Part shown: positions 50,113-60,071 of the stretch, in pieces
Numbering within the stretch: the first letter of the stretch is position 1
Layout: each line of letters opens with the position of its first letter
NCBI GenBank assembly: GCA_965140415.1
Contig: OZ223209.1
Coordinates: 2,336,001 to 2,400,000, forward strand
DNA: 64,000 nt
Reading direction: 5' to 3'
Source of the DNA: Myxococcota bacterium
GTDB lineage: Bacteria; Myxococcota_A; SURF-8
The notes under the pieces: model-generated
What the model was told of the DNA's origin: nothing
The model's input: the letters and a program-made list of their open reading frames with translations, nothing else
Databases searched by the model: none
Position numbers and translations under genes: made by a program

Positions 50113-51507
50113 ATGGAAAACATGTTCAGGTGTTTCCTGTTGGTGCAGGTATGTGTGATTCTCCTGCTGTGTTCGTGTTCTGAGGATGAACAGATCGACG
50201 GCGATATGGATTTCACTGATGGAGATTCCGAAATCGAAAGCGTGGATGGCGATTTCTCCACAGATGGCGATTCGGAAGGGGATGCTGAAATCGATACTGC
50301 ACCGCTGGCGTGCAGGGAGGAAGTCTCGGAGCGAACGCTGGATTGGCAGCCGGATGAAACATTCGAGATGGGCCCGTACTTGATGAGTCCGTCTCCGACC
50401 GGTATCACGATCATGTGGTATACGCTGGATGAGGCCGATGGTGAAGTGCTGTTTGGCGAGGGCGACGACTTGAATCTCTCTGCAACTCAAGAAGGTAGCG
50501 TGAAGATTCATGAGGTTGTATTGAGCGATCTGAAACCCAATACACGCTATGGATACAAGGTGCGTTCTGGAGAGACGACTTCGGAGCTTCATCATTTCTA
50601 CACGGCGGTGGAAGAAAATCAGGGATTCAATTTCGCCGTGTGGGGCGATAATCAAAACGGTCCCGATGTTTTCCGGACGGTAGTGGATGGCATCGCCGCA
50701 GAGAAACCCTATTTGCTGGTTGGTGTTGGCGACCATACCCAGGATGGTACCGATTTCAGCTTGTGGAAAGAGCAGCTATTCGGACCGGCACGAGGGCTCT
50801 TTCATGAAGTGGCTTTGTATGCCGCGATGGGAAATCATAATTACTACAGCGAGAACTACAACGATCTGTTTGCATTTCCCTATCCGCCGGATCACCCGGA
50901 GCAGGAATCGACTTATTCCTTTACCTACGGCAATGCCTTTTTCCTGGTCATCGATACGAACCAGATTTTCTATCCGTTCGGTGCCGTAGAAACCGATCTG
51001 TCCACCTACATACGCGAGCAACTGGATTCCGAAGCCGCACAGCAGGCTACCTGGCGTTTTGCACTGGGGCATGAACCCGGTTATGCCGAAGGCTGGGGAG
51101 ATGGCTCCTGCCACTACGACGGCTACGATCCGGTGCGTGGTTGGTTGTTGCCGCTGCTGGCCGAAAAGAAGTTTCACGCTTATTTCAGTGGCCACATGCA
51201 CGGCTACGAGCGTGGCGCGGTGGATGGACTCGTTCAAATCATCACTGGTGGCGGTGGTGGTGGTCTGGATGCCTGGTGCAAAGACTGGCCGCAAACGAGC
51301 GTCGCTCATTACGAGCATAACTTCTTGAGAATCGAAGCCGGTTGCGATCAATTGCGCATTGAAGCGAAGTATCCGGATGGCGAAGTGTTCGACTGGATCG
51401 TGCTGGATGCCGAAACCTATGGTGAGGTTGTAGAACAGGGGCCGGTTGCGGATCTGCCTTCGCCGACGATCAATTCCGACTCCCAGGAAACTCCACCTAC
51501 TCGATAA
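50113..51507 (+). CDS. Purple-acid-phosphatase-like metallophosphoesterase lipoprotein (FN3-like plus calcineurin-like domain)
   Basis: Lipobox LCS-C; DGD tract; HEVVLSDLKPNTRYGYKV; WGD, GD, GNH, H-E-P and SGHMH metal motifs. Confidence 0.88.
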   Translation: MENMFRCFLLVQVCVILLLCSCSEDEQIDGDMDFTDGDSEIESVDGDFSTDGDSEGDAEIDTAPLACREEVSERTLDWQPDETFEMGPYLMSPSPTGITIMWYTLDEADGEVLFGEGDDLNLSATQEGSVKIHEVVLSDLKPNTRYGYKVRSGETTSELHHFYTAVEENQGFNFAVWGDNQNGPDVFRTVVDGIAAEKPYLLVGVGDHTQDGTDFSLWKEQLFGPARGLFHEVALYAAMGNHNYYSENYNDLFAFPYPPDHPEQESTYSFTYGNAFFLVIDTNQIFYPFGAVETDLSTYIREQLDSEAAQQATWRFALGHEPGYAEGWGDGSCHYDGYDPVRGWLLPLLAEKKFHAYFSGHMHGYERGAVDGLVQIITGGGGGGLDAWCKDWPQTSVAHYEHNFLRIEAGCDQLRIEAKYPDGEVFDWIVLDAETYGEVVEQGPVADLPSPTINSDSQETPPTR

Positions 51508-51600
51508 CAAAACGCGAGGAGCATGGCCATGGACTTTCATCTCGAAGATGCTGCCTGGAACACAAAAATCCGAGTATTCGATGAGATGAAAGTGCCACGG

Positions 51601-53304
51601 ATGGCCAGATGCTATCTGTTGTTTGCGGTTATGCTGCTTCTGCTGCTATCTGCTTGTGGCGATGACGAGTCGCAGGATTGGCCGGATGGGGACTGGGAGT
51701 CTCCCGTTTCTCCTTCGGATTCCGATACGGTGGATGAGCCAATGCCGCCGCAGGGGGATACGGACATTATCCCCAGTGATGCAGATCCGATCGTAGATGG
51801 TGATTCAGAAACTGATCAGCTAGAGGATGGGGATGGTATTTCCGATGGCGATTCAGACTTGGAAATGGATGCCGATCCGCTTGAGGATAAGGATGGCATT
51901 TCCGATGGCGATCAGGATGAGGATGTTGAGTTGGTGCCGGATGGGGATGTGTACGAGCAAGCCGATGGTGACAGTGCTTTCCCGACTAGTTGTCATTTCA
52001 ATTACGACTTTCAGTATGACGAGGTGACCCGTTCGTTTCGTTCGCCCATTTCCGCTGAAAACGCGTTCAAAAAGACTGATCCCGGCATCGATCGAATCGC
52101 CCACGCCGAGCCGCCGCCAAAAGGAACGTATGCCGTGCCACTGGCGGGCAAAAGCAGCCGCTCGCTTGTATTTCCCGATTATACGGACGATATGCCTCCC
52201 TTTGAGAGAGGGCAACAGTGGAGTGGGGAGCGTTGCTATGAATATTCAGACAGAGCCTGGTACTTGAGCGAATCCGCCGCCTATGAGTTGTATGCCGGTA
52301 TCATCAAGGAAACCTTGTGGTACGAAATAGACCGAAGTGTGGATGTTCGAAGCGTCGTCGGGTTGCGTGGTGCTTATCCGGGCACTTTCAAGTGGCATGA
52401 GAACCTTCCAAACCGCTTTAATGATACTATCGTGCTGCTTTGGATCGATGCCGCAGGCCGAAAACATGTCCGCGAATTTCCGGTCAACACCGATACCGGA
52501 GCGTATAATTTTGGAACGGACAGCAGTTCCTCTTTGCGTGCCAATCGATTGTATGACTACGCCAACGGTTGGCATCGTGGTTACAATGCCTTGCAGATCC
52601 AGATGTGGAGCTATCCCGTTTGTGACGATACGAATCATAACGGTCATTGGGACAGTGACCGCAATGGCTGGTTGCCGCCATACTATGGCGAAGACCACGA
52701 GCGCGATGGCAGCGCCCATAATATCCATCTGGCCAGCGTCTATGCGCCGCTGGAAACGGCGGAAGTGAACAACTGGTCGGCGGGATGCCAGACGATTCCC
52801 GGAAGTGAGAACTGGCTTGAATTTATCACCAATGCCTGGACGGAAGAGGGCGCTCCGGTCGATTATTTTCTGATCGATGTGCGCGACATCGCTTCATCGG
52901 TTTGGACTGACTGTTCCGAGGATGATGGCAGCTACGATTGTCCCTACAAAATTCGCGAATTTCCATATCAGCACAACGGTGATACCTCATCCGCTATCGA
53001 AGATCGATTCGACGTGTACAATTGTTCCGACGCCGATGAAAGCGGACCGGAAGTCGTCTACGTGATGAATATTCGAGAACGGGGGACATTGTCTGCTTCT
53101 GTTAGTGTCAGTGACGAGGATCGCTTCGATCCGGATATTTACATCCTTGATGGCGCGGATTCAAATGCCTGCCGGGAGCGCAGCCATATTTCGCTGGACC
53201 ATGCAATTACGCCTGGACGCTACCTGCTGGTCGTTGATACCTGGGTGGATGAGAATGGACAGGAAAAAGCGGGTCCGTACCAACTGAATGTAAGCTTTCA
53301 ATAA
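51601..53304 (+). CDS. Lipoprotein with DGD tether, putative YkuD-like (L,D-transpeptidase fold) domain and C-terminal PPC-like domain
   Basis: Start moved to 51601 (lipobox LSA-C); NIH-x16-SAGCQ motif; C-terminal ESGPEVVY...DPDIYIL...PGRYLLVVDT...GPYQLNV. Confidence 0.65.
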   Translation: MARCYLLFAVMLLLLLSACGDDESQDWPDGDWESPVSPSDSDTVDEPMPPQGDTDIIPSDADPIVDGDSETDQLEDGDGISDGDSDLEMDADPLEDKDGISDGDQDEDVELVPDGDVYEQADGDSAFPTSCHFNYDFQYDEVTRSFRSPISAENAFKKTDPGIDRIAHAEPPPKGTYAVPLAGKSSRSLVFPDYTDDMPPFERGQQWSGERCYEYSDRAWYLSESAAYELYAGIIKETLWYEIDRSVDVRSVVGLRGAYPGTFKWHENLPNRFNDTIVLLWIDAAGRKHVREFPVNTDTGAYNFGTDSSSSLRANRLYDYANGWHRGYNALQIQMWSYPVCDDTNHNGHWDSDRNGWLPPYYGEDHERDGSAHNIHLASVYAPLETAEVNNWSAGCQTIPGSENWLEFITNAWTEEGAPVDYFLIDVRDIASSVWTDCSEDDGSYDCPYKIREFPYQHNGDTSSAIEDRFDVYNCSDADESGPEVVYVMNIRERGTLSASVSVSDEDRFDPDIYILDGADSNACRERSHISLDHAITPGRYLLVVDTWVDENGQEKAGPYQLNVSFQ

Positions 53305-53454
53305 ATTCCTTTCGAATCGTTTTTACCTGCTTTTAATCGAATTTGATCGTACATTCGTCCACATTTGATTGAATTTGACGAAAAATCGGATACAATCAAT
53401 GCATACATGATTGTAGTTGTCACAACATTCAGTCCATTTTAAGTGGGAGGCGAG

Positions 53455-54285
53455 ATGGCCAAGATCGTTGTGTATAAGGGGCGTGATGCTGCGCAGGAAG
53501 TTGGTCTTGAAAAAGAACATTACCTGATCGGTCGCCTGGAGCAAGCGGATATTCGACTGGATAATGTCATGGTTTCTCGCAAGCACGCCATGCTCGTTCG
53601 AGAACCGCAGGGGTGGACGATCCAGGATATTTCCGGGAAAAACGGGGTGTTTATCAATGGTAAGCAGACCGGACAAGGTATTCTTGCGGATAATGACCGC
53701 ATCGAAATCGGAAAATTTCTGCTGATATTTCAACAACAGGATCAATCCGTTGATGAACCGGCAAAAAAAGGCAGAATTTCCGGCAATAAACGTGAAGATA
53801 TTCTAAACGCCCTCGCTGCGTTAGCGGATGAGGATGAAACTTCCAAAGCGAAACCGAAGCCGGCACCGGAGCCTATTGTCACAAAAACGCCAACTCCGGT
53901 TCATTCTGCCGTGTCCGTAGATGCCACGATGCGGCTGGATGCAAACCAACTGAATGCCATTCGAAATGAAATGAGTTCCAAAAGACAGGCGCATCTGAAA
54001 GCGTTGACACCATTACGGCAAAGCGTCTACGTTCTTCAATCATCGGAAATCACAATCGGAAAATCCAACGACGCGACCATTCAACTTCCTTCCGGTTTAA
54101 CCGTCGGCAAAGTTCATGCGATGGTAAAAAAGTACGGCGACCACTGGTTTATTGAACATCTTTCCGGTTTTGCGGGGACGCGCGTTAACGGTGAAAAAAT
54201 TTCACAACCGAAACGACTTTCCGAAGGCGATAAAATCCAGATCGGTGACCATCTACTGCAACTCGTGTTGGATATGAAAGCCTAG
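53455..54285 (+). CDS. Double FHA-domain protein
   Basis: IGR...VSRKHA...GKNGVFING...DRIEIG, and a second degenerate copy IGK...VGKVHA...GTRVNG...GDKIQIG. Confidence 0.88.
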   Translation: MAKIVVYKGRDAAQEVGLEKEHYLIGRLEQADIRLDNVMVSRKHAMLVREPQGWTIQDISGKNGVFINGKQTGQGILADNDRIEIGKFLLIFQQQDQSVDEPAKKGRISGNKREDILNALAALADEDETSKAKPKPAPEPIVTKTPTPVHSAVSVDATMRLDANQLNAIRNEMSSKRQAHLKALTPLRQSVYVLQSSEITIGKSNDATIQLPSGLTVGKVHAMVKKYGDHWFIEHLSGFAGTRVNGEKISQPKRLSEGDKIQIGDHLLQLVLDMKA

Positions 54286-54432
54286 TTCGTACTTGAAACA
54301 ATGCATTAAAGGATGCTGGAAACTCGAAAAGGGTTGCTTCCGCCTTTCTTTCCGTTACAATACAAAACCATACAACCTATATAAATTAAATTGATCACCT
54401 TCCTTGGTGTAGCTTTTTAGAAGGGGAATGCA

Positions 54433-56001
54433 ATGAAATGGATCAATCTAAAAGTCGTACTTTCGATCTGTATCTTTTTCCTGGCAGTGGCCTGTGAGCA
54501 GGAAAGCGGCTTGCAGGGGGATGTGGATTTTCCATGGCCGCAGACCGATGGCGATGAGGAAGTCGTTTTAGGGATTTCCACCTGTAATCAGCTTGAATTC
54601 AATTTCATGCCGGAAGGAGAGGGGAAAGTCTCGGCTTGTGGAATTTCGTTGTATGGAGAGGGCACCCTTGTAAAGGCAGTCGCTTTTACAGAAGATACGC
54701 CGCCACAGTTCGTCATAACCAGCTACAAGGACGGTCAGGGAACGGAGTACTGGCCTTGGACTGAAGGGACTGAAATTCCATTAAACGATGGCGACTCTCA
54801 TACGCTATCGGTTCGTTATACATCCACGGGAAGTTGTCGAGTCGAGGGTGAAATCCAGATCACAACTGATTTGGAGCTTGTTAAGATTCCAATTGTCGCA
54901 GCGCCGGAAGCTGAGAGTAGCTTGTCTGTTACCCCTTCCTACATCGATTTCGGTGTTGTGTCTTTTAATGCTGCCGATCCTGAGAGCTCGACGAAGCAGG
55001 CGAGCCTTACGTTCAGTAATAGCGCCCAAGCTGGAGCAGGTTCGTTTACGATTTCGGCTCTGGCTTTGGATAGCGGCTCAAAAACACACTTTACATTCGA
55101 TTCCGCTTCTTCCTGCGCTGCGCCGTTCGAACTGGCTCCGGGCGACCAAAAGGAATGTGGTATCGAGTTCACCCCGACTGCGGCTGGGGAACACAATGGG
55201 TTGCTCGCATTAAGTACGGAAGGAGAGGCCTCTTCCTGTAACACCAAGGTTCATCTGTACGGTAATGCTTGCGTACCGGATTGCCAAGGTAAGGAATGTG
55301 GAGACGATGGCTGCGAAGGCAGTTGCGGCGGCTGTCCGGAAGGGGAGGTTTGTTACGAGTTTGCATGCTGTCAGCCAGATTGCGATGGTAAGGAATGTGG
55401 TGACGACGGCTGCGGCGGCAGTTGTGGAGATTGCCCCGATGGAAACTGGGAATGCGTCGATTTCGTTTGTGAATGTATTCCGTATTGCGAGAATCGGGAA
55501 TGTGGAGACGATGGCTGCGGTGGAAGCTGTGGTGGTTGTTATGGATCGCAGGTTTGTGTTGCCGGAAACTGTTGCGATTGCAAAAGTGGTAAGTGCTGCG
55601 ATGGCTGCAACATCAAAGAGAGCGGTTCGGTATGCGATCGTTCCGTGGAAGTGTCTTATTCCTGTAGCGGTGGTTGTGGCGGTGAAGCCTTGCGCAGAAC
55701 GGCGGATCGTGTGTGCACCGGCTATTCAACGGAATGCAATGGTCCCCTTGTGTATGATGAATGGGAGACCCGCGACAATTGCCGGGAAAGCGAACATTGC
55801 GAAACCGATTATGAAAGCTACGCCCGTTGCGAATTCATCTCCTATTGCTGCAATAACGAATGTTCCGAGTATGGTGACAGCACATGTGTGGGAATGACAC
55901 AATATAAAACCTGCACCAAAGATAGCCAGGGCTGCCTGGTTTGGAGCCGCACGATGGATTGTCCCGTCAATTCAAACTGTTATAGTGGTCAATGTCAATA
56001 A
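54433..56001 (+). CDS. Cys-rich lipoprotein with Ig-like domains and CxPxCxxxECGDDGCxGSCG repeats
   Basis: Lipobox AVA-C; LSVTPSYIDFG...PFELAPGDQKECGIEFTP Ig-like domain; three Cys-rich repeats. Confidence 0.8.
   Translation: MKWINLKVVLSICIFFLAVACEQESGLQGDVDFPWPQTDGDEEVVLGISTCNQLEFNFMPEGEGKVSACGISLYGEGTLVKAVAFTEDTPPQFVITSYKDGQGTEYWPWTEGTEIPLNDGDSHTLSVRYTSTGSCRVEGEIQITTDLELVKIPIVAAPEAESSLSVTPSYIDFGVVSFNAADPESSTKQASLTFSNSAQAGAGSFTISALALDSGSKTHFTFDSASSCAAPFELAPGDQKECGIEFTPTAAGEHNGLLALSTEGEASSCNTKVHLYGNACVPDCQGKECGDDGCEGSCGGCPEGEVCYEFACCQPDCDGKECGDDGCGGSCGDCPDGNWECVDFVCECIPYCENRECGDDGCGGSCGGCYGSQVCVAGNCCDCKSGKCCDGCNIKESGSVCDRSVEVSYSCSGGCGGEALRRTADRVCTGYSTECNGPLVYDEWETRDNCRESEHCETDYESYARCEFISYCCNNECSEYGDSTCVGMTQYKTCTKDSQGCLVWSRTMDCPVNSNCYSGQCQ
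55270..55539 (+). repeat. Three coding Cys-rich repeats (about 33-34 aa period)
   Basis: CVPDCQGKECGDDGCEGSCG / CQPDCDGKECGDDGCGGSCG / CIPYCENRECGDDGCGGSCG. Confidence 0.9.
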
Positions 56002-56036
56002 AGACGATTCACTAGCCTATTAGAGTTAGGTGTTAC

Positions 56037-56172
56037 TCATTTCTGGCCATCGAGAACTCACGATGTGCCATGGTCTCACGGAATGGAAATTCCGGGAGGC
56101 CGTGTGTAACGTATTGAAGACACACAGCCTTCCACGATCTTCGATCGCGTAAGACTATGCCACACATTCTTC
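56037..56172 (+). repeat. 136-bp structured dispersed repeat, copy 2
   Basis: About 87% identical to the reverse complement of 43893-44028. Confidence 0.9.
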
Positions 56173-56219
56173 AAGTTAGTGGCTAAAAATGATTAAGAAC
56201 CGCTCTAAAACTCCAATAG

Positions 56220-56245
56220 AAAAGCGGCGGGCAAAGGCCCGCCGC
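56220..56245 (-). terminator. Rho-independent terminator for the minus-strand lipoprotein gene
   Basis: GCGGCGGGC-aaag-GCCCGCCGC perfect stem, followed by TTTT on the minus strand. Confidence 0.7.
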
Positions 56246-56272
56246 CGGGGAGAGGGGAACAAGGGGGAGAGT

Positions 56273-58849
56273 TTAGTTCCCGTACAAGGAAGAACAGGTG
56301 TCGGTGGCGTTGTACAAGTCCGCCGGGTCATCGCACCAGATCGAGCGAGGATTGGTGTCGCTATTGGGGTCGAATTTTCCCGTTCGCAATGTATAGAACG
56401 GGTTGGCGTAAGGATCGTTATCAAAATCGGGAGCTTCCATGTTGTCATCATCACCGCAGCGACAGAAATTCTGGCTGAAGGACTGGCAGGTTCCAGTGGA
56501 ACAATCCGCATCCGTGCTGCACGCATCGCCCAATACACAGTTGTAGGGGTTGCTGTCGGTACAGGTGCTACAGTACTTCTGGTCGTTCCAGGTGCGCGTG
56601 TCGCAGACGAAGTCATTGCCGAAGTACTGTTGACATTCACTGGTTTGTTCGCAGGTGGTCATCGTCCAGCCCGCACACAGCGGTTCAACTGTGATGTTGC
56701 CCGAGTTGTCGACTATGATGTCGGCCACTTTCCAGTACGTTGTAGTCTCGCTGAACTCATTGCTTATCTGCGTATTGTTGAACAGCAGGCCGTTGTTGTA
56801 AATATTCACGTACGCCTTGATCGTTTCGTTTGGCGAACTGCCTGTAATATCTTGAGGATCAGCGTACATGCGTGCAACGACGCGATAGCGCCCACTAGAA
56901 GGTTGCGAGATGGAGATGAGTTCAGGTCCCCAGCCATCTACGTCATCGATCTGGAGGAAGGGATCGTCGTTTGTGTCGTTCAAGTCGCAAACTTCCGCTT
57001 CCGTACAGAGCGATTGGTTGCTGTAGGCCTGGCATTCGGTGCTGCTTTCACAACCGATGTCACAAAAACCGATTCCGGTGTCGCAGGTGAAATCGGCTCC
57101 GAACTCGCCTTGGCAGTCCTGGTCCGAGGTGCAGGCGACTTCAAGGGTGTTGCGCGGCCCCCAAGAGGCTGTTGCCGTCATATAGTAACAGGTGTCGTTA
57201 TGGGCTTCAGTGGGGTGCTCGGTGCACATCAGTTGGTATTCACCTCTGAGTCCCAATCGCCCAAGAGAACAGTAGCCTTCCGCGCAATCCGAGTCGGTTT
57301 CACAGGGAATGTAGCTCAATTCGGTGTCAATCACGCATTCCTGGTTGCAGAGGTAGTAGGACTGGATCTGCTGGCATTCGTTGTCCGAATTGCATTGGTT
57401 GTTACAGGTGCTCGTGCCTGTATCGCAGGTCATCGTTCCGGGACAGTCGCTGTCCGACGTGCAGGACGGCATGGTGACAGTTCCGGATGGCTCGATGCGA
57501 TCAAAATAGGCCGACGCCATGCCGAAGGTGCCGTCGTCGCGGTAGCGCACCAGGAAAAGATCCAGATCGGTATCCTCGCCATGATCCCAGATCAATTCAA
57601 CGGACAAGTCTTCGAAAGGAAGGACTTCGAAACAGGATTCGACGTAATCGGTGCATTCCGTGCCCGTGCAATCCGGATCCGTAGTGTAGGGGACGCCGGC
57701 GCTGTCTTTGAGCCAGACACGGATGCAGTACTCGCCGGCCACGGGCAGGTAGGCCTTGGGATGGCAATCGTTTACCCATTGCCCTGCGATACCTGGGGTC
57801 TCATCATCCATACTGCTGGAAAACAGCATAATTTTGGGTTCTTGTATGGATGCAGGGATTCGACCCTCTACCCAGTCCCATTTGAAGGAAAACGGCTTGC
57901 GTTCGTCGCCAAGGGGGGAAGAGGAAGAGCAGGCGTCGAAATGGAGAATGTTCAATCCATGGAGGAGTTCGGACAGAGGTTGCTCCAACACAAGCTGCGG
58001 ACCGTTCAGCAGGGTCTCGGTGGCTTCGCTGCGGGTTGGGTCGCCGGTTCCTGTTTGATTCTGGGCGTCTTCCTCGTTGGAATCCACTTCGCCGTTGCCG
58101 TTCATATCGGAGTAAAGAGCAGCCGCGTCGATGATGGCGTCTTGGATATCTTCCAATACATCACTGTTGTTTTCACTGTCGATGCGCACGATATCATCGT
58201 CGGATACGGTCAATTGACTGATAATCTGTTCCGGGATAAGTTGATCCAAATCGAAAGCCAGAACCCATTCTTCCTCCTGATCCGGTTCCCATTTATAAGC
58301 GGAGCCTTCCGGAGGTGTGAAGCCGATACGGCCATTTAAGTGAGTTTGAATGATAATGGTTTTCCCATCCGGGGTCTGTCCTTGTGCGCGGAAGCCGGGA
58401 GCGCCAGCCGTATCGGTGGTCAGCCGGAAGTCAATGGCACAGAATTCCTGATTGGAAGGAACTTCCAATTGCAGTTTAGCCATGCTGCTTTTCAAGAAGG
58501 AAATGTTGATCTGGCCATCGCCATGACCCAGCACTTCGCCGTCTTTCAAATTGCAGGTGGCTTCGTCCGACATGAACACGTCTTTAATGTTCAATTGAAG
58601 GTTTTCCCAGGAGATGTCATTTGCGTTTTTAATGTCGGCTTTGATTGTTGAAAAGGAAACGGTAATGTTGGAAGGATTGCCCTCGCCGGTGCTGCCTCCT
58701 TTAAGGATAAAGACATCCGGTTCGGTGTTTTCCAAGTCGGCGAGATCGTCATCCCCTTGGAACTGAACATCACCGTTGTCGCCGCAGCTGACTGCAAACA
58801 GGAGCATCAGCATTGACAACAACACTACTAAACGCTGGTTACTCTTCAT
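56273..58849 (-). CDS. Large Cys-rich lipoprotein with PKD-like and YfaP-like segments
   Basis: Lipobox AVS-C; GGSTGEGNP; VELIWDHGEDTDLDL...DDVDGWGPELISI split by CxxDxDC repeats; GGAGG RBS inside the upstream gene. Confidence 0.75.
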   Translation of the reverse strand: MKSNQRLVVLLSMLMLLFAVSCGDNGDVQFQGDDDLADLENTEPDVFILKGGSTGEGNPSNITVSFSTIKADIKNANDISWENLQLNIKDVFMSDEATCNLKDGEVLGHGDGQINISFLKSSMAKLQLEVPSNQEFCAIDFRLTTDTAGAPGFRAQGQTPDGKTIIIQTHLNGRIGFTPPEGSAYKWEPDQEEEWVLAFDLDQLIPEQIISQLTVSDDDIVRIDSENNSDVLEDIQDAIIDAAALYSDMNGNGEVDSNEEDAQNQTGTGDPTRSEATETLLNGPQLVLEQPLSELLHGLNILHFDACSSSSPLGDERKPFSFKWDWVEGRIPASIQEPKIMLFSSSMDDETPGIAGQWVNDCHPKAYLPVAGEYCIRVWLKDSAGVPYTTDPDCTGTECTDYVESCFEVLPFEDLSVELIWDHGEDTDLDLFLVRYRDDGTFGMASAYFDRIEPSGTVTMPSCTSDSDCPGTMTCDTGTSTCNNQCNSDNECQQIQSYYLCNQECVIDTELSYIPCETDSDCAEGYCSLGRLGLRGEYQLMCTEHPTEAHNDTCYYMTATASWGPRNTLEVACTSDQDCQGEFGADFTCDTGIGFCDIGCESSTECQAYSNQSLCTEAEVCDLNDTNDDPFLQIDDVDGWGPELISISQPSSGRYRVVARMYADPQDITGSSPNETIKAYVNIYNNGLLFNNTQISNEFSETTTYWKVADIIVDNSGNITVEPLCAGWTMTTCEQTSECQQYFGNDFVCDTRTWNDQKYCSTCTDSNPYNCVLGDACSTDADCSTGTCQSFSQNFCRCGDDDNMEAPDFDNDPYANPFYTLRTGKFDPNSDTNPRSIWCDDPADLYNATDTCSSLYGN

Positions 58850-59714
58850 GGGAAACCTCCTCTTTCATTCCATCCTTGACATCGGATGGTAGCTTCGTCA
58901 ATGGGAAAAGACCCATCACGAGTTGATACACTTGGTTTGATTCATTGTCTTCATCTACAATGCTGCGAACATCGGTGATGAATTCTTGGTAAAGATCCAC
59001 AATCTTCTCGTAGGAATTTTTGGAAATCGCCATGGTCAATCCACCGAGATACCGCTCATCGGCAGGTTGGGTTAAGGACTGTGCGGCCTGGCGAAAGGCA
59101 TTCTGATAGAACAACTTCAAGGCGGTCGAACGGAAGTCGTCTCCAGTGTGCTGATGCTTTTCTGCAACAGCCAATGAACCGTCCTGCTGCCGAAAAAGTA
59201 ATCCGATACGAAGCAATTTGTCGATAGCGTCCTGGATCTTCTTTTTAGAGACCTTTTTCGGCAGTCTTTTTTGAATCCAGTCCGGGTTCTCCTGGAAGTC
59301 TGCGAACGTGATCATTTCTCGCAGAGCCAGGGTTAGCGGATCGCTGAGATAGTCGAAACGATCCAGTTTAAGTTGATGAACTGCAAGGAAGCGGCGCCTC
59401 TTCCTAAGTTCTGCCAGTGCGTCCTGTTGCTCGGAAAGGCTCTTGGCTTGACCGAAACGGATCAGGACAAGAAAGAAACCGGTTTCCTGTTCGTTCAGCC
59501 CGAACACAATGGCCATTTGCTCCGCCAGTTCGGGGGACAGGTTCCGGGCGCCATCCGCGACCATTTTCAAATGGCTCTTGCTTGAAAGACCCATTTTATT
59601 GGACAGGTAGCGGAGGGAGTACTTCTTGTCCTGCTCTTTCATCTCGCCAAGGCGATCGCGCAGGAAGCATCTGAAGTCCGTGTAGTCGAATATGTTTAGT
59701 TTGCTCCGTTTCAT
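58839..59714 (-). CDS. TIGR02147/DUF4423-family protein (putative HTH regulator)
   Basis: IFDYTDFRCFLRD...YSLRYLS..MG.SS.SHL.MV.DG.RNLS, GLNEQETGFF..LI.F.QA, VYQLVMGLFPLT match the family pattern as I recall it. Confidence 0.8.
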   Translation of the reverse strand: MKRSKLNIFDYTDFRCFLRDRLGEMKEQDKKYSLRYLSNKMGLSSKSHLKMVADGARNLSPELAEQMAIVFGLNEQETGFFLVLIRFGQAKSLSEQQDALAELRKRRRFLAVHQLKLDRFDYLSDPLTLALREMITFADFQENPDWIQKRLPKKVSKKKIQDAIDKLLRIGLLFRQQDGSLAVAEKHQHTGDDFRSTALKLFYQNAFRQAAQSLTQPADERYLGGLTMAISKNSYEKIVDLYQEFITDVRSIVDEDNESNQVYQLVMGLFPLTKLPSDVKDGMKEEVSHEE

Positions 59715-60071
59715 GGCTTCAGTGTGGCAAAGCTTGGTTTGCAAGGCAAGCGAAAAACACTACCAAAGTCCACAAAACGTTCACGAGTAGTGAACGACAT
59801 ATGGATGTGTCATGTGAAAAACACTAAAAAAACAAGGAGATAGGAGTGTTATGAAAATTATTATAGAAACAGGGTCTAGAATATAGTGAACGTTAGGGGC
59901 GCGTTGATGTGACAACAATCGAGAGTTTTTTCCTGCTGAATGGGATCGGTGGAATCGATTCCTTGACGGAAATGGTGAGATAAAGCAGACTGATGCCATT
60001 AGTGCCCGTGAGTGTGAAGCGAAAAAGCGATTTGGAATTCCATATCGTTCCACAAATGGATTTATGGCTCA

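Noticed and set aside
43893-56172. The two 136-bp inverted copies as ends of a 12-kb composite transposon or invertible segment
   Set aside because: There is no transposase or recombinase inside and no target-site duplication was seen; about 13% divergence and a common post-stop position favour independent insertions.
56189-58339. 716-aa plus-strand ORF
   Set aside because: It is the antisense shadow of the 858-aa lipoprotein, which has an RBS, lipobox, domains and terminator; the shadow has no recognisable motifs.
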